From positions 1 through 58,363 of the forward strand of contig CAVVPN010000006.1 in NCBI GenBank assembly GCA_963750165.1: DNA of 58,363 bases, written 5' to 3'. A program made the position numbers and the translations under genes. This document shows, piece by piece, positions 54,311 through 58,363 of the stretch. Position 1 is the stretch's first letter. Every line of letters begins with the position of its first letter. Origin of the DNA: an uncultured Gemmataceae bacterium (GTDB lineage: Bacteria; Planctomycetota; Planctomycetia; Gemmatales; Gemmataceae). The notes under the pieces are model-generated. The model saw nothing but the letters and a program-made list of their open reading frames with translations, did no database searches and was not told the DNA's origin.

Positions 54311-55710
54311 TCAATTCGCCATCGGGCCGAGCGGCCCGATGGCTTGATGGACCCGGCGGCGCACGCCGTCAAGGAACACGGAGTCCTTTTTCTCCTGGTC
54401 CACCTCGCTGTTGAACAGGTTCACGTCGATGATGCGATTAATGGCTTCGCGAAGAATGCTCTGCAGTTGTTCCGGCGATAGGGCCTCCAACTCCCAGACG
54501 CGCTCACCGTGCGCACTCACAAACCGCTCGCGACGTGACGACCCGGCCTTCGCATTCGCCACGGGCGGCAGCTGCAACCGCAGCACCTGCTCTGCGGTCA
54601 ACGCCACCTTGACGGCCTCAATGCTGGAGATCCCGAAGTCGTCCCGCAGCGACCGCGCGAAACTGTGGGCGATGTCTTCCCCCTCGGGGTCGAAGTCGGA
54701 GAGCACGAGCAGGAGCATCTTGTTCTTGCCGGATCGCTCGAAGCGCTTGGCCATCGCGTGCCGCGGCGGCAGGGAGCAGTAGCCGCGGCCGATGGTGTAC
54801 GGGATGCGAAACTCCATCGCCACGGGGTGGATGATCGACTCGATGGTGTTCTTCTCGCCGATGATCTCGATGTGGTTGGGCTGGCTCTGCATCAGGTCGC
54901 GGTAGTACCCCTTCAGGAAGTCGTTGAGTTCTTGACGGACGAACGGCTGCGGCTGGCGAAAGACGTTCCACGTCGTCACGGGGCGCGTCGGGTCTGCAAT
55001 TGCCTCGAAGGGAATCCGGCCGCAGAGCCGGCGCGCGTCAGCAACTCACACAGTGCCTTGTAGCACTTGAGGTTGTTGGCGTACCGCGAGCCCGGCTTGC
55101 TGGCGTGGATCAGCGGCGGGTCGTTCAGCAGGGCGTAGTGAATCTGGCGGTCGGAGAGCGGCCAGAAGTTGCGGCGCTTGTCCAGGATGCGCCGGATGGC
55201 TTCGACGAATGGTTTCTTGGCCGCGGAGATTGCCGCCCGCCGCTTGTGGCCTTGGATTGTGATGGGGTTCACCTCAACACTGGCCAGCTTCCGCCGGTGT
55301 TCAGTCAGCACGCGGTACGCCTCCTCGGGGTCGGCACATACCACTTCCTCGCGCAGCTGCTCGTCGAGGCTCTTGACTCGCTGCCGGTTGTGCTCGACCA
55401 GCAGCTTCGGGAACGCCGGGTCGGTGCTGAGGATCGATTCGTACTGGACGGGCACCGTCATGACACCGGCCAGCTGGCACGCTACCCGCCGCCGGTGGCC
55501 GCTCAGGATCACGTTGTCCCTCGTGGCCACCAGTGGCGTCTTCAGGCCGATTTCACGGATGCTATCCGCCAGGGTGCGCACCTCCGGGTCGCCAGGATCC
55601 ACGGGGCGGTAAATTTGGTCGTTCAGCTTCGCCGGCTGAAGGTCCGCCAGCGGCATGTAGACAATTGAGACATGGCCCGATTTTCGGGTCTTACGGGCTG
55701 CGGTTTTCAT
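54311..55710 (-). CDS. ParB N-terminal domain fused to a winged-helix/Toprim (TopoVI-A/Spo11-like) region; frameshift near 55025
   Basis: LADSIREIGLKTPL...ILSGHRRRVA; LSDRQIHYAL; IEIIGEK, RGYCS, SDFDPEG, WELEAL. Confidence 0.75.
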
Positions 55711-55757
55711 GGTCAGTGTCGGCATCCAGTTGAAGTGCGGAGCAGGTCGGGCCAGCC

Positions 55758-55781
55758 CTGCAACGCCACGTGGCGTTGCAG
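55758..55781. promoter_or_regulatory. Perfect 24-bp palindrome upstream of the ParB-Toprim gene
   Basis: CTGCAACGCCACGTGGCGTTGCAG. Confidence 0.6.
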
Positions 55782-55816
55782 TCACAGCCGAAGCGCCGTG
55801 TTAGCAGCGGTAAACC

Positions 55817-55851
55817 TGTTGAAGTTGTTGATCTTGTTGAAGTTGTTGATC
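55817..55851. repeat. Tandem 9/18-bp repeat
   Basis: TGTTGAAGT TGTTGATCT TGTTGAAGT TGTTGATC. Confidence 0.75.
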
Positions 55852-56000
55852 CTGGCAAGCTTACCCAGGTTCCCAGTTTTGTTGCAGGCTGGCGGCCGGA
55901 TCGTTCGATAAGAACGGTGCTGACGGTCGCCAAGACGCAGAAAATAGACGGTGCTGCGAAAAGCCTGGTGCCGGCCGGGTATGGCCAGTTGGCCGCGAGG

Positions 56001-56393
56001 TCAATCCGGGAAGTAGTCCACCATTCCGGCTGGCAGACGCTTCCGCCGAGTTGCGGGCTTGGGCGGCGGCCCGCCATGCCGCAGACACTCGAACGCGGCC
56101 AGCGCGTCCGGCAAGATAACCCAACGCGTCCGCCGGCACAACGCCGTGGCGGTGTTGATGGCGGCCAGCTGGCCGGACCTGATCCAGGCGCGCACCTTGT
56201 CCGGGCTGACCCGGTAACGGCGAGCGACCTCCCGTACCGTCCAGCCGGCGGGCGGTGCCGTCGATTCTTCGGCCGTCGTGCCGGCCGGTTCGTGGCATGA
56301 CCGGAGACTTCTGGTCAACACCGATTTTGACAATCTGCTCATGGCCACTTGTCGGGAAAAAGAAATGCGGCACTGGGGTTTTCGTGCCCTCAA
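56001..56393 (-). CDS. Excisionase-like HTH protein; start uncertain
   Basis: WTVREVARRYRVSPDKVRAWIRSGQLAA...RWVI. Confidence 0.75.
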   Translation of the reverse strand: MRARKPQCRISFSRQVAMSRLSKSVLTRSLRSCHEPAGTTAEESTAPPAGWTVREVARRYRVSPDKVRAWIRSGQLAAINTATALCRRTRWVILPDALAAFECLRHGGPPPKPATRRKRLPAGMVDYFPD

Positions 56394-56470
56394 ATATTAC
56401 CCAGTTTCGCCAGTCGTCTTGAGACGAAGCGTTTGACTTTCGACGAAAAGGCGCGTCGCCCGGCCGGGTC

Positions 56471-56515
56471 GCGAATCCGTTGACGGTTGCGAATCCGTTG
56501 ACGGCCGCGAATCCG
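56471..56515. repeat. 18-bp-period direct repeats between divergent HTH genes
   Basis: GCGAATCCGTTGACGG at 56471 and 56489, partial GCGAATCCG at 56507. Confidence 0.8.
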
Positions 56516-56544
56516 GCGCGGCGGGGTTGGCCACGGAGGTTTCC

Positions 56545-56745
56545 ATGAGCAGAGAGAGCCGCGGCTACATGACGACACGCGAGGCGGCCGAAGAATTGGG
56601 TGTGAGCGACACGCAAGTCGGCCGGCTGTGCGAGCGCGGCGTCCTGCGCCGCCGCCGATCTGGCCGGTGTTGGATGGTGTCGGCGGATGACGTGCGGATC
56701 CACAAGGAGAAGGCCGGGGACAAGGCGCGGGGGGCGGGCCGCTGA
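56545..56745 (+). CDS. Excisionase-like HTH protein
   Basis: GGAGGT RBS; YMTTREAAEELGVS..QV.RL...G.L...R.GR.W.V. Confidence 0.8.
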   Translation: MSRESRGYMTTREAAEELGVSDTQVGRLCERGVLRRRRSGRCWMVSADDVRIHKEKAGDKARGAGR

Positions 56746-56805
56746 AGACTATTTCGTGCGCGGCATAAGCCGGGCCGGGCACGCGCCCAGCCCGGCGCCG
56801 CGGCA

Positions 56806-58363
56806 TCATTCTTCCTCGCTGGCGCCCTGCTGGTTTTTGTTGTTGGCCGGCGGGAACAGCCAGGCGCGGACGTGGTCGGTGACGGCCTTCAGCCGGGCGT
56901 CGCTGATCGTCTCGCGGTAGACGCTGCTCATGTGCGCCACCTCGTGGCCCATGATGAAGTCGGCGGCGGGCTGGTCCTTGGCTTCATCGGCCACGGTGCG
57001 GAAGGTGTGGCGCAGCGTGTAGAACCCCAGTCCCTTGCGGCCGTTGATTCCCAGTCGGCGTAGGAGTTTGCCCAACTCTTGACTGACCGGGTTGGTGGTC
57101 GTCTCCTTTGACCAGCTCTCGCCGTACTTGGTGATGAACGCCAGGCTGGCGTCTGCCTCGTCCTTCGCCTGGCGGCCTTTCGCCAGGACGGCCCGGAGCG
57201 CCGCGACCGTTTCGGGCCACAGGGGGCAACGCCGGGCGATGCCGGTCTTCGGCCGCGGGAAGTCGATCCACCCGCCGTCCAGGTCCAGCGCGGACCAGGG
57301 CAGTCTGGCGCAGTCGCTGTTGCCGAAGCCCGCGTTGATGCCCAACAGGATCATCGCCTTCATCGGCTTGCCGGCCTCGTCCAGCAGTCGGCGGACTTCC
57401 TCGGCGGTGAACAACTTCGCCCCCTGCTCGGCCCGGTGCAACCGCATAGTTTTTTTCATGGGCCGCTTGAACCCGTGCCCGAACCGGATCGGCGCGGTAA
57501 GCAACCCGTCCTCGAAGGCGTGTTTGAATATGGAGCGGATGTACTGGATGGTGGTTCCCAGGCGGTGCGGCCCCCACTTCCGGGCCATCTTGTTCCGCAG
57601 TGCGGCGAAGTCCTGCGGGTCCAGGTCGGCCACGGACCGCGACTTACCCAGGTGAGAAACCAACTCCGCTGCTGCGATCTTGTACCCATCCCAGGTGCGG
57701 GGGGACAACTCGCCCACGTCCACGAGGTGCTGCTTGTGGTTCAGGAAGGCGTTGGTCACGTCCTTCACGGTCAAGGCGTCCTGGTCGGGTCGCGGCTTGC
57801 GTCCGGCGTGCAGGGCGTCCTTCTCTTCCAGGTATTTTTTCAGGGCAGCGTCGGGGTCGGACCACGGGCCGAAGTAGTGCGTCTTGCCGCGGATTTTCTT
57901 GGCCCAGCGGCCGCTGGAGTGGGCGAACAGGGGGAAGTCATCGTAGGGCTTGGAGGGCTTGCCATCACCGGCCGCGGTGCGCCGCGGCTTCTTCTTCCTC
58001 CCCTTGCCCGCCACGAAATCCTGGTACTCCTTCAGGGCGCCGTCGGGGTCGGACCAGCTTCCGAAGTAGCGCGTCTTGCCATCGATCTTCTTGGCCCAAC
58101 GGCCAGTGGCGTGGGCGAACAGGGGGAAGTCATCGTAGGGCTTGGCGGGCCTGCCGTCGCCCTGCTTGCCGGAGTCCACCTGAGCCGCCTTGGGCTTCGC
58201 CAGAACCTCGCCCGAGAGGAATGCCTGGTAAGCCCGCAGCGCGGCGTCGGGGTCCTCCCAGCGGCCGAAGTAGTGCATCTTCCCCTTGATCTTCTTCGCC
58301 CACCGCCCCGTCGCGTGGGGGAACAGTGGGAAGTCGGGGTGGGGCTTGCTCGGCCTGGACGGC
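56806..58363 (-). CDS. Tyrosine recombinase/integrase; N-terminus beyond the window
   Basis: AMILLGINAG, RPKTG, FYTLRHTFRT, IMGH, SSVY; repeated N-terminal domains. Confidence 0.9.
   Translation of the reverse strand, partial: PSRPSKPHPDFPLFPHATGRWAKKIKGKMHYFGRWEDPDAALRAYQAFLSGEVLAKPKAAQVDSGKQGDGRPAKPYDDFPLFAHATGRWAKKIDGKTRYFGSWSDPDGALKEYQDFVAGKGRKKKPRRTAAGDGKPSKPYDDFPLFAHSSGRWAKKIRGKTHYFGPWSDPDAALKKYLEEKDALHAGRKPRPDQDALTVKDVTNAFLNHKQHLVDVGELSPRTWDGYKIAAAELVSHLGKSRSVADLDPQDFAALRNKMARKWGPHRLGTTIQYIRSIFKHAFEDGLLTAPIRFGHGFKRPMKKTMRLHRAEQGAKLFTAEEVRRLLDEAGKPMKAMILLGINAGFGNSDCARLPWSALDLDGGWIDFPRPKTGIARRCPLWPETVAALRAVLAKGRQAKDEADASLAFITKYGESWSKETTTNPVSQELGKLLRRLGINGRKGLGFYTLRHTFRTVADEAKDQPAADFIMGHEVAHMSSVYRETISDARLKAVTDHVRAWLFPPANNKNQQGASEEE

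Larger units (their letters stand above)
48200..58363 (-). mobile_element. Integrative element, phage-satellite/IME-like; extends past the window end
   Basis: Integrase, HTH/excisionase-like genes, AlpA-like regulator, Prim-Pol/DUF3987, small ORFs; no recognisable capsid or tail genes. Confidence 0.8.

Noticed and set aside
1..58363. tRNA, rRNA or structured ncRNA genes
   Set aside because: None recognised by eye; a tRNAscan-SE/Infernal run is needed to exclude them

Overview
High-GC bacterial accessory region, most likely from a planctomycete (inferred from the LExRxLL N-terminal motif and an ISAzo13 element). It has three parts. (1) About 1.1-38.4 kb, minus strand, is a polymorphic toxin locus. 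One giant gene (38358-29140, about 3,070 aa if two compensating single-base indels are repaired) encodes a planctomycete-type export motif, a long Ser/Thr/Gly-rich repeat stalk that is neither RHS nor FHA, a conserved neck, a Hint autoprotease and an ADP-ribosyltransferase-like tip. Six 5'-truncated orphan cassettes follow, each with a different tip (His-rich putative nuclease, deaminase, URI2 nuclease, WHH nuclease, two other HNH-like nucleases) and its own immunity gene(s). Small Cys1->Gly mini-Hint ORFs, one of them circularly permuted, lie between cassettes. The locus is bracketed by a divergent giant TPR/multi-glycosyltransferase gene and a TylF/NovP O-methyltransferase, and is interrupted by IS66, an IS701-like element, ISAzo13 and a 114-bp MITE. 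(2) 43.4-48.2 kb is a type I-C CRISPR-Cas locus truncated on both sides: cas3/cas5 are absent, cas8c is decapitated but its internal cas11c start is intact, and cas7, cas4, cas1, cas2 and 9 spacers are present. (3) 48.2-58.4 kb is a phage-satellite/IME-like element with a tyrosine integrase carrying triplicated N-terminal domains, HTH regulators, a ParB-Toprim fusion and a Prim-Pol/DUF3987 protein. Many single-base frameshifts fall in C/G runs and may be long-read errors. All family calls come from motif recognition by eye; no searches were run.
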